In this document: positions 52,801 through 64,000 of the stretch, piece by piece
Layout: every line of letters begins with the position of its first letter
How positions within the stretch are numbered: the first letter of the stretch is position 1
Notes under the pieces: generated by a model
What the model saw: only the letters and a program-made list of their open reading frames with translations
Told to the model about the DNA's origin: nothing
The model's database searches: none
Program-made: the position numbers and the translations under genes
From: Lingula anatina
Taxonomy: Eukaryota > Animalia > Brachiopoda
Reading direction: 5' to 3'
Length of the DNA: 64,000 nt
Assembly (NCBI GenBank): GCA_051362555.1
Contig: CM120643.1
Span: forward strand, 1 to 64,000

Positions 52801-54394
52801 AGTGTATTGTTGGAGACCAGAGTCCAAGACCCCCAAGGAAACTCTGTCTAAAAGTATGGAGAGTAAAATGAACATGTTGTGTTTCCGTAGAGTGTTAGTG
52901 AACTGTTGGAGACCAGAGTCCAAGACCCCCAAGGAAACTTTGTCTAAAAGTATGGAGAGTAAAATGAACATTTTGTGTTTCCATAGAGTGCTCCAATGCC
53001 ATAGAGGACTATCCTCCAGTGGCTCGACGTCGTCTGGACTCGTTCATTCCTGGCTCCCGACTGAGTGGTACCAGTCACACTGAGGACGTCCACGAGGCTC
53101 ACGTGGTGTGTGGGCGGTGTCACGTGACGGTTCCCCGCTCTCTCTATTGGCTCACCACAGGAATCGATCCGCAATGTGAGTAGGGTTTAAACATGAGTGG
53201 GAAGTTTTTATGCCAAGTTTTTATGGGGCTTGAAAATTTGAAAATTGCTCTCTCCATGCTTGATTTTTTGTCCCAGGTTGTTATGCAAAGGCCTCACGGA
53301 CTTAACTTCGTCGTGTATATATTAAATTTGTGTTCCATCTTTGAAGATTTATTCAGTTTCGGACAATGCTATTTAGTAAAGAATTGGCCTTCTACATATC
53401 TGATATATTGTACATCAATGGCTCTGATTACTCTTGAAGATTTTGGTGCGGTTTAACCAAAGCTGCAACAGACTGGAACTGCTTGTACTCAGTAATGGAT
53501 ATTTCAAAACCTTTTGAAAAACATTTTCATTTAGTCCGACAATTATTGTTTGATTTCACAGGCAGTATATTTTGACGTTTACATATATTAGACTGTCGAG
53601 ATCAGCAATTTTCTATGAGTAGCACTTTATCTTATTCAATCAATTTAGAAAAAAGAAAATGATACCCATTTACCTTGGTGGGTACATTATTGTTTATTTG
53701 GAAGATAAATTGGGTGTCTTCAGTGATTTTGGTAATTGACGTCCACATCGTCAATCAACAGTGATCTTCATTTAAATTTACAGCAAAAAGTTACATTATT
53801 TGGCTGTTCCTGGTTACTCTGTGTTTCGTATATAACGTGTGGAGTATTCCTCTGCGGGCTACGTTCCCATACCAAACAGAAGAAAACCTCAGTTACTGGC
53901 TCAGCATGGACTATGCCTGTGATATCATCTACGTCATCGACATCATATGTGTGAAAACCAGGATCAAATTTCTAAGAGATGGACTTCTAGAGGTAGGTGC
54001 ACGTCTCTGACTACAGGTACGGTCAATTCTGTGTTCTAGTGTTCCTGTGCGGTTGTTATATGCCTAATTAACTGTAAATTGGAATATAGAGCTGGCATCC
54101 CTGGTCAGAAAGCAGTGTGTGTGTGTTTGTGTGTGTATGTGTGGGGGGGGGGGGGGAGAGGTTTTTCCTTATGCTTTCGTACTGCTACATATTTGTATTT
54201 ACTATATATTCAACATAGCAAGTCTTCATTGCAAAGCATTTAAATTGTATGTCTTTTCCTAATGTGGTATATGTGAAGATGTGAGTGTATGTTTAGGCAG
54301 ATCACCAGGTAACAAGTCTTACCTGTGGACATGGAGCAGGCCCCAGCCTAATCCAGGCAGATAATACATCCTTCCTGGCTCAGTATAATGCTCG

Positions 54395-54441
<47 letters not shown>

Positions 54442-56808
54442 TAATTATTCCCAATTGCACCTTGGTCTAAAAGACTTTAGAACCCATCGAATTTTTATTG
54501 GGACCGCAACATATACTATTCCTGATCCTACAATAATATGTGCTATATGTACCAGCCACGCTTTATATTAGTGTCCTTTATTAAGAAAGACTATTCCTGA
54601 TCCTACAATAATATGTGCTATATGTACCAGCCACGCTTTATATTAGTGCCCTTTATTAAGAAAGACTATTCCTGATCCTACAATAATATGTGCTATATGT
54701 ACCAGCCACGCTTTATATTAGTACCCTTTATTAAGAAAGACTATTCCTGATCCTACAATAATATGTGCTTTATGTACCAGCCACGCTTTATATTAGTGTC
54801 CTTTATTAAGAAAGACTATTCCTGATCCTACAATAATATGTGCTTTATGTACCAGCCACGCTTTATATTAGTGTCCTTTATTAAGAAAGACTATTCCTGA
54901 TCCTACAATAATATGTGCTTTATGTACCAGCCACGCTTTATATTAGTGTCCTTTATTAAGAAAGACTATTCCTGATCCTACAATAATATGTGCTTTATGT
55001 ACCAGCCACGCTTTATATTAGTGTCCTTTATTAAGAAAGACTATTCCTGATCCTACAATAATATGTGCTATATGTACCAGCCACGCTTTATATTAGTGTC
55101 CTTTATTAAGAAAGACTATTCCTGATCCTACAATAATATGTGCTATATGTACCAGCCACGCTTTATATTAGTGTCCTTTATTAAGAAAGACTATTCCTGA
55201 TCCTACAATAATATGTGCTATATGTACCAGCCACGCTTTATATTAGTGTCCTTTATTAAGAAAGACTATTCCTGATCCTACAATAATATGTGCTATATGT
55301 ACCAGCCACGCTTTATATTAGTGTCCTTTATTAAAGGGATAATAACTCTTTGTTTCGGCCAAAAAATGAATTTTCCTGGAGTAAACAACAATTTTCCCAT
55401 ACTTACCAATGGTTAATGAATCCATTTTTACATTCAAAGTTAGTCCCTGGTTTTTTTCTAAAAACTTTGGTTTTTTGTTAAAATCTCTTAAGAGAATTTA
55501 ACAGAGTATAGCCATCAATGTAGGTCATGTGATCTAAAGACAAGCTCAGATATCAGAAAAAATAGCTATAACTGCCGTTTTTGTGGTAAAACAGAATATA
55601 TTATATTTCTATGAGTTGTTCACAATGTTTTTATTGTGAAATATAGATCTCATACGAAGAGTTATTATCCCTTTAAGAAAGACTATTCCTGATCCTACAA
55701 TAATATGTGCTATATGTACCAGCCACGCTTTATATTAGTGTCCTTTATTAAGAAAGACTATTCCTGATCCTACAATAATATGTGCTATATGTACCAGCCA
55801 CGCTTTATATTAGTGTCCTTTATTAAGAAAAACTATTCCTGATCCTACAATAATATGTGCTATATGTACCAGCCACACTTTATATTAGTGTCCTTTATTA
55901 AGAAAGACTTGCTCCTTCCTTGTACTTACATCTTCTGTCATGTGTAAAAACTTTTTTAATGTTGTGCATAAAATACATGTAACCAGTATGCTACAAACAA
56001 GGCAGCAAAGCTGTCAAATGTACAGACAAAAAACAGAAAATAAAGATGCAAAATAGATCATTTTGTCAATTTTGATGCAATGATAAATAATGCTTATAAT
56101 AGCACTGTCAGTCAACACTGAATTTTAATCATGCACAACAGGTAACATGGTCAATAACAGGAGTGGACCCAGAGATATTTTCTGACAGTATTCCAAAGAA
56201 TCTATGTTGATCCATCCTCCTTTTTGATGGTCTTCCAACAGAAAAAAATAGATACCAGTCAATATAAACTTAAAAACCTGACCATCTTCCGGAAGACCCA
56301 GTAGATGGTCTCAATCCACCCCTTCAATAAGATTACAGTTTCAGGACCATGAGATTTCAAATTCACACGATGAAAGTCCCAATATTTGAAAAATTATGAC
56401 AGTGCATAAAATAATATTACATAATGTTTAATGATATAAAAACCAATACAACTGCTTATGTGGAAATACAGAAAATATAGAAAATGTGCAGATGCCAGTG
56501 TTTGAGAAAAAATTAATAAGGAAAACATAACAAAACTAGAAAAGCACTATGAGAGCGCAGACCTCTGCCAAGGCAGCAATTTTTGATTATTATTGATTAT
56601 TGATAGATTATTGATCCGAACCACCACTAAAAACTAATCATTGTCCTCCTTGACCCACTTCTGACAGTTTCTGAAATTTCATCAACATTGGTCCATAACT
56701 TTTAGAGTTATGTTCATGACAGACAAACAGGAGTGAAAACATAACCTCCTTGGCAGAGGTAAATGTAATTCCAATGAAGCTGCTATTCAAACTTTTAATC
56801 TTTGAATT

Positions 56809-56869
<61 letters not shown>

Positions 56870-59800
56870 TTATTTGCAATATTAAACAAAATTTACCTGC
56901 ATAATTATCACTGCTTCGTTATTATTAATCTAGCAGAGAGCTTAACCTTTGGGAGTTTACAGGGAAACATCAACAAGTGTGCTTTATGTAATGTCATTTA
57001 ATTGCCTATTAATTAGGCAAATGACTTTACAACTCCGAAATTAGCCTAGTGATACCCAAGGGAAATTTACAGACTGACCCTCTCAAAGGTCTTCAGGCCC
57101 ATAAGTCACACCTTAAGAAAAGCACAAAACAATAATGCACAAAATAGGAGACTACCAATTCTGATGCAATAATATGTTATGTTTAACTGCACAGTCAACA
57201 TCAAATTTTAATTATGCACAACAGGTAACACCGACGAAAGTAAAAGCATAAGGCTTCAGGCCCATCAGAGTTCAAGTTTATACTTAGCAAGTGCCAGAAT
57301 GAGAAAAATGAAAATTTCACAAAAAATGCATAAATTTAATAAAAATGATAATCTCATAGAGCTGGTTTGCTAATATGACCTGTATGTCAATCCTAAGAAT
57401 CATTCTTGTAAGACTGGTTGTAAAAATGTATAACTTCCAGAAAAAGAAGACAATTAGACTGCTTTTCCAACTAAGGCTGCATTTTGGTCCTGTATTTCTT
57501 TTTTGAAAGTTTGGCAATCATAAGTAACGTGGTTTTCCCATAATGGTCATCATAGCAGCAGCACCCAAATTTGTGTTCTTCTATTCTGATGCAATATTAC
57601 ATAATGGTTAACAGCATTATGACCGTCAATTTTTACTTATAAAATAAACGTATCATGGATTTTCAGAAAATGTGACTAGCAAAGGTCTTCAAGCCCGTGG
57701 AACTTCAAAGTCACACCTTGAAAATGCCAATATGTGAAAAATTAAATCTTCACAAAAAAAAAACTGTTTAACTGGCAGTAAGAATTACCAATCAGACTGC
57801 ATTGCCTACTGAAGCTGTAATTTAGTCCCATATTTCTTTCCTGTAAGTTTGAGAACAGTAAGTGACATGGTTTTTCTTAAATGGTCATCATGGGAGCAGT
57901 GCCCGAAATAGTTTTTTTTTTTCAAAATTTGATGCAATATTACATTATGTTTAACAGCATAATGACCGTCAATTTTAATAAAATATTAGTATCATGGATA
58001 TTCAGAAAATGTGACTAGCAATGGTCTTCAGGCCCATGGAACTTCAAAGTCACAACTTGAAAATGCCAAAATGTAAACAAGACAGCACTGTTCTGAAATG
58101 TTTTTTTCCCCATTTTTAACAATTTTTAACATAAAACAGAAATAACAGTTTACTGCCATTTTTATATGATCAACTAAGAAAATTGATGAGATGGGAAAAA
58201 TATCAATAGAGCAGTGTTAAATGTCCAATTTCTTCCATTCTGAGATTCTGAACATAGTGAATGATTGAATCTGACAAACTGCAATGATATGAGTTTATTT
58301 CCATTTTTGAAACTTTATTACACAATACACGATGACAAGTTTACCATCATTTTTACAAAATCAACTAACAATGTTGTAAAGGTGCAGGAAATGTCAAACA
58401 AACACTTTTACGTATCTTATTAATTAAATAATGAAACTGTTAACATGCCTAAGAATTGAATCTGAGGAAATGTGAAAAAACAGCATAACTTTTTAAATAA
58501 TGGCCTGATTATGCTAATTTTTTTACTCGACCTGCGTTTTAGAAGGATTGGCCACTCCTGTGAGTATAATGGCAATTGGCTTATCTGTTTTTCTTATATT
58601 GTGTTTACAGTATTACATATATGCTGAAAAGTGAAAACTAGCTGTACAATTACTAACATGATATGAATAACCCTATTGAGTTTGAGAATAATAAGGCACT
58701 GTTATTCATCTTTAGCATTAATGTAAGCGTTACACAAAATTTTCTTTTGTAAACTTATTTTCAATATTAAATAACATTTACCTGCATAATAATCATCGAT
58801 TCCTAATTATGTGACACAGTTAAGAGAGCTAAACCTATGGACTTTACAATGAAATCTCAATGTGTGTTTATGTAATCTCATTTAATGGCCACTTGAAAAT
58901 CAATTAAGCAAATTATTTTATAACCCTGAAATAACTTGAAAATCAATTAAGCAAATTACTTTATAACCCTGAATTAACTGCCTACTATCCATATACATTT
59001 ATTGCACCAAATAGCACTCTACTGCATTGCTTTCAAAACAGAAAACAATTACAATGGTTTTCCAACACAAGCTGCACTTCAGTAAGGTCTTTTCAGTAAG
59101 GTTGATTATCATAAGTAACATGGTTTTCCCTTAATCGCTATCCTGGCAGCAGTGTCCAAAGTAGGGTTTTCTTCAAGTTTCATGCAATATAACATAATAC
59201 TTAACAGCAATAAACCATCAATTTTTTATTAAAAAAATAAAAGTATCATGGATATTCAGAAAATGTGATACGGAAAGGTCTCCAAGGACATGGAAGTTCA
59301 GAGTCACACTTTCAAAATGCCAAAATGTTAACAAGAGATAACTGTACTGAAATGATTTTCTTTCCATTTTCAACACCTTTTTTACATAAAACAATAATCA
59401 ATTTACTGTCATTTTTATATGATCAACTAGGAAAATTGTTGACATAGGAAAAATATAAATTGAACAATTTATAATGTCCAATTTGCTCCATTTGGAGATT
59501 CTGAACATAGTGAATGATTGAATTTGACAAACTGCAATGATGAGTTCCTTTCCATTTTTGATACTTTATTACACGCTGCACTATAATAGGTTTACCGTCA
59601 TTTTTATAAAATCAACTAACAATATTGTTAAGAAGCAGAAAATGTTAAAACAACACTTTTACATATCCAATTAGTTCCGTAATGAGACTGTTAACATGCT
59701 TAAGAATTAAATCTGAAGAAAAACCACTTATATACAAAAAAGGCTAATAACTTCATCAAAACTTAACTGATCAAGCTTATTTTCAAACTTGATCTGTATA

Positions 59801-60048
59801 CTGGTCAGATTGATCACTCCTGTGAGTTGCAAGACAAAAGGCTGATTGGTTTTCCTTAAAATGCGTTATCAGTGTTGCATGTATGCTGAATAAAGGAAAA
59901 AACAGCATTACTTTTGTTAAAATAGTCCAATCAAGCCAATTTTCAAACTTGACCTGCGTATTATAAATATTCACCAGTTCTGTAAATTTCAATCCAAAAG
60001 GAGAAACATTTTTACACTTATCAAGTTATTGGTGTTACAAAAGTGCTG

Positions 60049-60081
<33 letters not shown>

Positions 60082-63056
60082 CAGGATAACTTTCATAAAC
60101 ATTGCCCGATCTTGCTGATTTTCAAACTTGACCTGCGTATTATGAATATTCATTAGTTCTGTAAGTTTCAAGCCAAAAGAAAAAACAGTTTTCCACTTGT
60201 GTGTTTTCAGTGCTGCATATATGCTGAAAAAAGTGAAAAAACAGCATAAATTCCCTAACAATGACCCAATCATGCTGATTTTCGAACTTGACCTGCGTAT
60301 TATGAATATTCATCAGTTCTGTAAGTTTCAAGCTAAAAGGTAAAACAGTTTTCCACTTATCGTGTTATCGGTGCTGCATATATGCTGAAAAAAGTGAAAA
60401 AAACAGCATAAATTCCCTAATAATGATCCAATCATGCTGATTTTCGAACTTGACCTGCGAAATATGAATATTCATCAGTTCTGCAAGTTTCAAGCTAAAA
60501 GGTAAAACAGTTTTCCACTTATCGTGTTATCGGTGCTGCATATATGCTGAAAAAAGTGAAAAAACAGCATAAATTCCCTAAAAGTGACCTGATCATGCTG
60601 ATTTTCGAACTTGACCTGCGTATTATGAATATTCATCAGATCTGTAAATTTGAATACAAAATGTAAAACGGTATTCCACTTATCGTGTTATCGCTGAGTG
60701 CACGGCGACGACGGCGACGACGGCGACGCCAGACGCAGATGATGGCTATATGTACAGACACATCTGTGTCTGTACATAAAAAGCCTTTTTCACTAACAAC
60801 AGAAGTCATTTTAAGTAACCATATTTTACCAGTGGTTTTCTATTGAAATGTTTTTGTTCTTTGATATATATTTCAAACGAACCTATTTCAGGGAGATCCA
60901 AAGGAAATGAGGAGGAACTATTTTAGAAAGTTGGAGTTTAAGGTATGCTTAGGTTGTTACAATCACTTCAGTATGCATACAGGTATGGTAAACACTGCAC
61001 ATATACTTGAATATACGATCTTGTTTTAATTATGTCTTTTTGAAGTTCCCATGCCCAGGGAGGTGCGGTGAAGTGTTTTATCAACTTTCTAAAATCTAGT
61101 CCTCTTTCTAGCTGGACATGCTGTCTCTGCTACCATTAGATCTCCTGTACTTTGCTGTAGGGTTCAACTCATTACTGCGGGCACCAAGGTATTTTAAGGT
61201 AAGCACAACATTGACAAAATATTTTAAGTTATTTTAATATTAAATTGACCTGGGTTTTAGATGACTTTACAAAATGACAAGTTTTAAAATGTATCCCTTG
61301 TAAGGCGTTTCCATTTTTTCTGGCATATTTTTTCAGATCAAGACATTTCTAGAGTTCTACAACCGCTTTGATCAAGCTGCCAAATCTCCCCATTTAATCC
61401 GTGTTGCCAAGACGATGACGTACATGGTGTATCTGATCCACGTAGAGACATGTGGTTACTATGCGGTGTCTGTCTATGAGGGAATAGGGAGCAATAAATG
61501 GGTGTACAATGGCGAGGGGAACGCGTGAGTTGACACTGAAGATAACTTGCTATTCATAGATTTAGCTTGAGGAGATGGCTATCACTTCAGCCCAACCCCC
61601 GATAATCAGTCAGTCTTACAAGACATCTATCTTTTCAGCCCTCCAGATAGGGCTGGGCTGAGATAATGGCTATCGTATCAACCCGCTAGACAGTCAGTCT
61701 AAAAAGACGGCTATCACTTAAGCCCTCAGGGATAAGTTAGTCAGAGGAGATTGCCAACATTTCAGCCCTCGAGACAGAGTCAGACTTAGAAGCTAGCTAT
61801 CATTTCAGCCATCCAGACAGACTCAGCCATAGCACACTGCTATCGTTTAGATTGGTGTGGGGGGTTCTGGGTTATATGGCTTGTAAAAAGTGCGATACAA
61901 GCAGGTCTTGTTATAAACTCCACCAAAACGATTACTGTAGCAGTATGTTTTTGGTTCCATTTGTCTGTCTGTCTGTCTGTCTGTTAGCAACATTATGTAA
62001 AAAGCTATGGAGGCAATTTGATGCAATTTTCAAAATAGGTTTAATAGAATTGGGCTAGATTTGGGGGATGGTCTGTCGTTTTTCAAATCATTGCTACTAA
62101 ACTAAACAAAACTAAACCGAACGGTTAAACATAATGTGTTTCCTCTTGCTTCATTTTTCATTTTATTACGAATTTGAGGGGTGGATAAGTAGGTCAATAT
62201 TGCCACCAAGCGTTTGAAAAGGTTCAGTTTGAGAAAATTTTTGCATGTGGATTTAATTGACACTAGTGGGCTTGATTTGGTCTAAAAGAGCAATTTAAGT
62301 TCACAAATAGTCCTACATGGTCTTAAACCATGAGTAAGACTATTTCTGGTCTAACAGCCAATTAAGTTGTCTCCCCTTACACATTCTCCTATTGTGAGCA
62401 GAGGTGTCCTCTATTGTGAGGGGAAGTATCCCCCATTGTGAGGGGAGGAAACTGCTTGACCACTTAAGTAGATGTTACATCATTTTTGATCTTAAAAGCA
62501 GATTCAGTCCATTTTAAGACTACTGCTGTAATATTTAAGATCGTGTAAGATCACTTGTGAACTTAAACTGCACTTTAAGAGCAAATCCAGCCCACTAGTG
62601 TGAGTTGTGTAAAAATCTGGAAGTAACAATGTGTATGCATAATAGGCAGGTCTACACGCCTTGACTCTGGATGTAATGTATCTATGACGTGTGACTACAG
62701 GATCTGTAAATAGATCGAAATTTGGTTTTGGTTTGTTTTTTAAACATGTGTTAATTAATTCTGTAAAACCTGTGGAAATGAGTAAAAGGGAATTGTAATA
62801 AACACCATGTCCTAGGGCCTTCAACATAGTCGTATCGCTTAATTAAGTATATACTGGATAGCACGTGAAATTATGGACTGTTATGAACGCTTTGTACAAT
62901 TGTGTTTGTTAAAGGTACGTGAGATGTTTCTACTTGGCCACCAAGACATCGACCTCTATTGGTAACAACCCTACACCCACCAACACTCTGGAGTACGTGT
63001 TCATGACTGTCTACTGGCTGTCAGGGGTCTTTGTCTTTGCCTTGCTGATAGGACAG
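40359..63056 (+). CDS. CNGB: Cyclic nucleotide-gated channel beta subunit (TAX-2/CNGB-like), partial: N-terminus to S6; C-linker/CNBD beyond the window
   Basis: Phase-consistent exons 40359-40674, 48118-48376, 51319-51461, 52987-53175, 53784-53992, 60892-60942, 61112-61198, 61337-61524, 62915-63056. Motifs [23 protein letters not shown] (resembles the CNGB1 N-terminal CaM site), [45 protein letters not shown], pore [14 protein letters not shown]6 [11 protein letters not shown]. The two 5'-most exons are less certain. Confidence 0.92.
41158..41506. mobile_element. Kolobok-type MITE (TTAA TSD, AGGG...CCCT termini), copy 1
   Basis: TTAA|AGGGATAATAACTCTTC...GAAGAGTTATTATCCCT|TTAA. Near-identical to 55335-55672. 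Confidence 0.88.
41648..41821. mobile_element. ~170 bp MITE, copy 2 (family of 13342-13507)
   Basis: Ends cggtgtaa...tacaccgg; reverse-complement match to copy 1. Confidence 0.65.
43060..43348. repeat. 44-bp minisatellite, ~6.5 copies
   Basis: Unit gtaatggctggcatgggttaggtgggttccaggcagcatggc(c/g)t. Confidence 0.93.
43399..43727 (+). mobile_element. Truncated HINE-like element fused to half of the CCGGTGTAAC MITE
   Basis: actagaaaagcactccgagagcgcagacctccgccaagg to ~43627, then ccctagattttgactcac...gttacaccg. Confidence 0.65.
44765..47770. repeat. 70-bp minisatellite, ~43 copies, in CNG intron 1
   Basis: Unit gtatgtgattgtatctgactgtaccaggtccttggagatagagactgagatagaatgtatactcttatag. Confidence 0.98.
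48660..49290. repeat. 45-bp minisatellite with degenerate flanks
   Basis: Unit cacatgactgtcacatgacgagagcacgacttggtagacgtgtaa. Confidence 0.93.
51437..51645 (+). repeat. 43-bp minisatellite made of CNG exon-3 3' end plus donor (5 copies)
   Basis: CTCTG|GTAAGT with GT at 51462, 51505, 51548, 51591, 51634. Confidence 0.95.
52439..52664. repeat. ~51-bp tandem repeat, ~4 copies
   Basis: Unit cccggacccttgggttatctcattggcaactgaacatacaatacaatacaa. Confidence 0.9.
52780..52990 (+). repeat. 96-bp tandem repeat containing the CNG exon-4 acceptor (3 AG|AGTG sites)
   Basis: ttcc(g/a)tag|AGTG with AG ending at 52794, 52890 and 52986. Confidence 0.9.
54516..55909. repeat. 75-bp minisatellite, ~14 copies, interrupted by a Kolobok-type MITE
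   Basis: Unit actattcctgatcctacaataatatgtgctatatgtaccagccacgctttatattagtgtcctttattaagaaag. Confidence 0.96.
55335..55672. mobile_element. Kolobok-type MITE, copy 2, inserted at the TTAA of a minisatellite unit
   Basis: ctttaTTAA|AGGGATAATAACTCTT...AAGAGTTATTATCCCT|TTAAgaaagac. The empty site is visible in neighbouring units. Confidence 0.92.
55995..60782 (+). mobile_element. Large (~4.8 kb) Helentron-type non-autonomous element with internal tandem repeats
   Basis: 5' subterminal atgtacagaca (56018). 3' hairpin tatgtacagacac-atct-gtgtctgtacata (60749-60778) preceded by (acggcg)n. ~120-bp 'aacttgacctgcg' repeats at ~59900-60700 and longer internal duplications. Confidence 0.7.
56534..56763 (+). 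mobile_element. HINE-like element, copy 3, nested in the larger element
   Basis: 5' cctctgccaagg and 3' ccttggcagagg subterminal inverted repeats; (acag)n near the 3' end. Confidence 0.72.
61570..61845. repeat. Degenerate tandem repeat (ggctatcacttcagccc...cagtcag)
   Basis: The motif recurs about six times at roughly 45-60 bp spacing. Confidence 0.55.
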
Positions 63057-64000
63057 GTGAGTGTTCAACGACTGTGTTCAGTGTGACTTTAACCTATGCA
63101 TGTGTTCATGACTGTCTACTGGCTGTCAGGAGTCTTTATCTTTGCCTTGCTGATAGGACAGGTGAGTGTTCAACGACTGTGTTCAGTGTGACTTTAACCT
63201 ATGTTTTCATGTCTGTCTACTGGCTGTCAGGAGTCTTTATCTTTGCCTTGCTGATAGGACAGGTGAGTGTTCATAGACTGTGTTCAGTGTGACTTTAACC
63301 TATGTGTTTATGACTGTCTACTGGCTGTCAGGAGTCTTTATCTTTGCCTTGCTGATAGGACAGGTGAGTGTTCATAGACTGTGTTCAGTGTGACTTTAAC
63401 CTATGCATGTGTTCATGACTGTCTACTGGCTGTCAGGAGTCTTTATCTTTGCCTTGCTGATAGGACAGGTGAGTGTTCATAGACTGTGTTCAGTGTGACT
63501 TTAACCTATGTGTTTATGACTGTCTACTAGCTGTAAGGAGTCTTTATCTTTGCCTTGCTGATAGGACAGGTGAGTGTTCAACGACTGTGCTCAGTGTGAC
63601 TTTAACCTATGCATGTGTTCATGACTGTCTACTGGCTGTCAGGAGTCTTTATCTTTGCCTTGCTGATAGGACAGGTGAGTGTTCAACGACTGTGCTCAGT
63701 GTGACTTTAACCTATGCATGTGTTCATGACTGTCTACTGGCTGTCAGGAGTCTTTATCTTTGCCTTGCTGATAGGACAGGTGAGTGTTCAACGACTGTGC
63801 TCAGTGTGACTTTAACCTATGCATGTGTTCATGACTGTCTACTGGCTGTCAGGAGTCTTTATCTTTGCCTTGCTGATAGGACAGGTGAGTGTTCAACGAC
63901 TGTGCTCAGTGTGACTTTAACCTATGCATGTGTTCATGACTGTCTACTGGCTGTCAGGAGTCTTTATCTTTGCCTTGCTGATAGGACAGGTGAGTGTTCA
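62997..64000 (+). repeat. 101/105-bp minisatellite made of the CNG S6-coding exon end plus donor (10 donors in window, continues past the end)
   Basis: GGACAG|GTGAGT with GT at 63057, 63162, 63263, 63364, 63469, 63570, 63675, 63780, 63885, 63990. Confidence 0.97.

Overview
Left end of an animal (invertebrate-type) chromosome. A ~9.2 kb (CCCTAA)n telomere passes abruptly into AT-rich, gene-containing DNA. By reading splice sites and phases I reconstructed three intron-containing genes: a 9-exon minus-strand type I membrane receptor with two C-type lectin domains (551 aa), a 3-exon clan-2 (CYP2-like) cytochrome P450 (528 aa), and the first 9 coding exons of a CNG channel beta subunit (TAX-2/CNGB-like) that runs off the window. 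Introns and intergenic DNA hold an L2/CR1-type LINE with an intact APE+RT ORF, several MITE/Kolobok/Helentron-type non-autonomous elements, a long foldback element, and more than 15 unrelated minisatellites. The most striking pattern is that many minisatellites are amplified copies of an exon boundary. Five arrays repeat a genuine splice donor or acceptor plus adjacent exon sequence into the intron, one repeats the P450 stop codon, and two more consist of GT...AG intron-like units. Gene models are manual, with no expression data; family calls rest on recalled motifs, not database searches.
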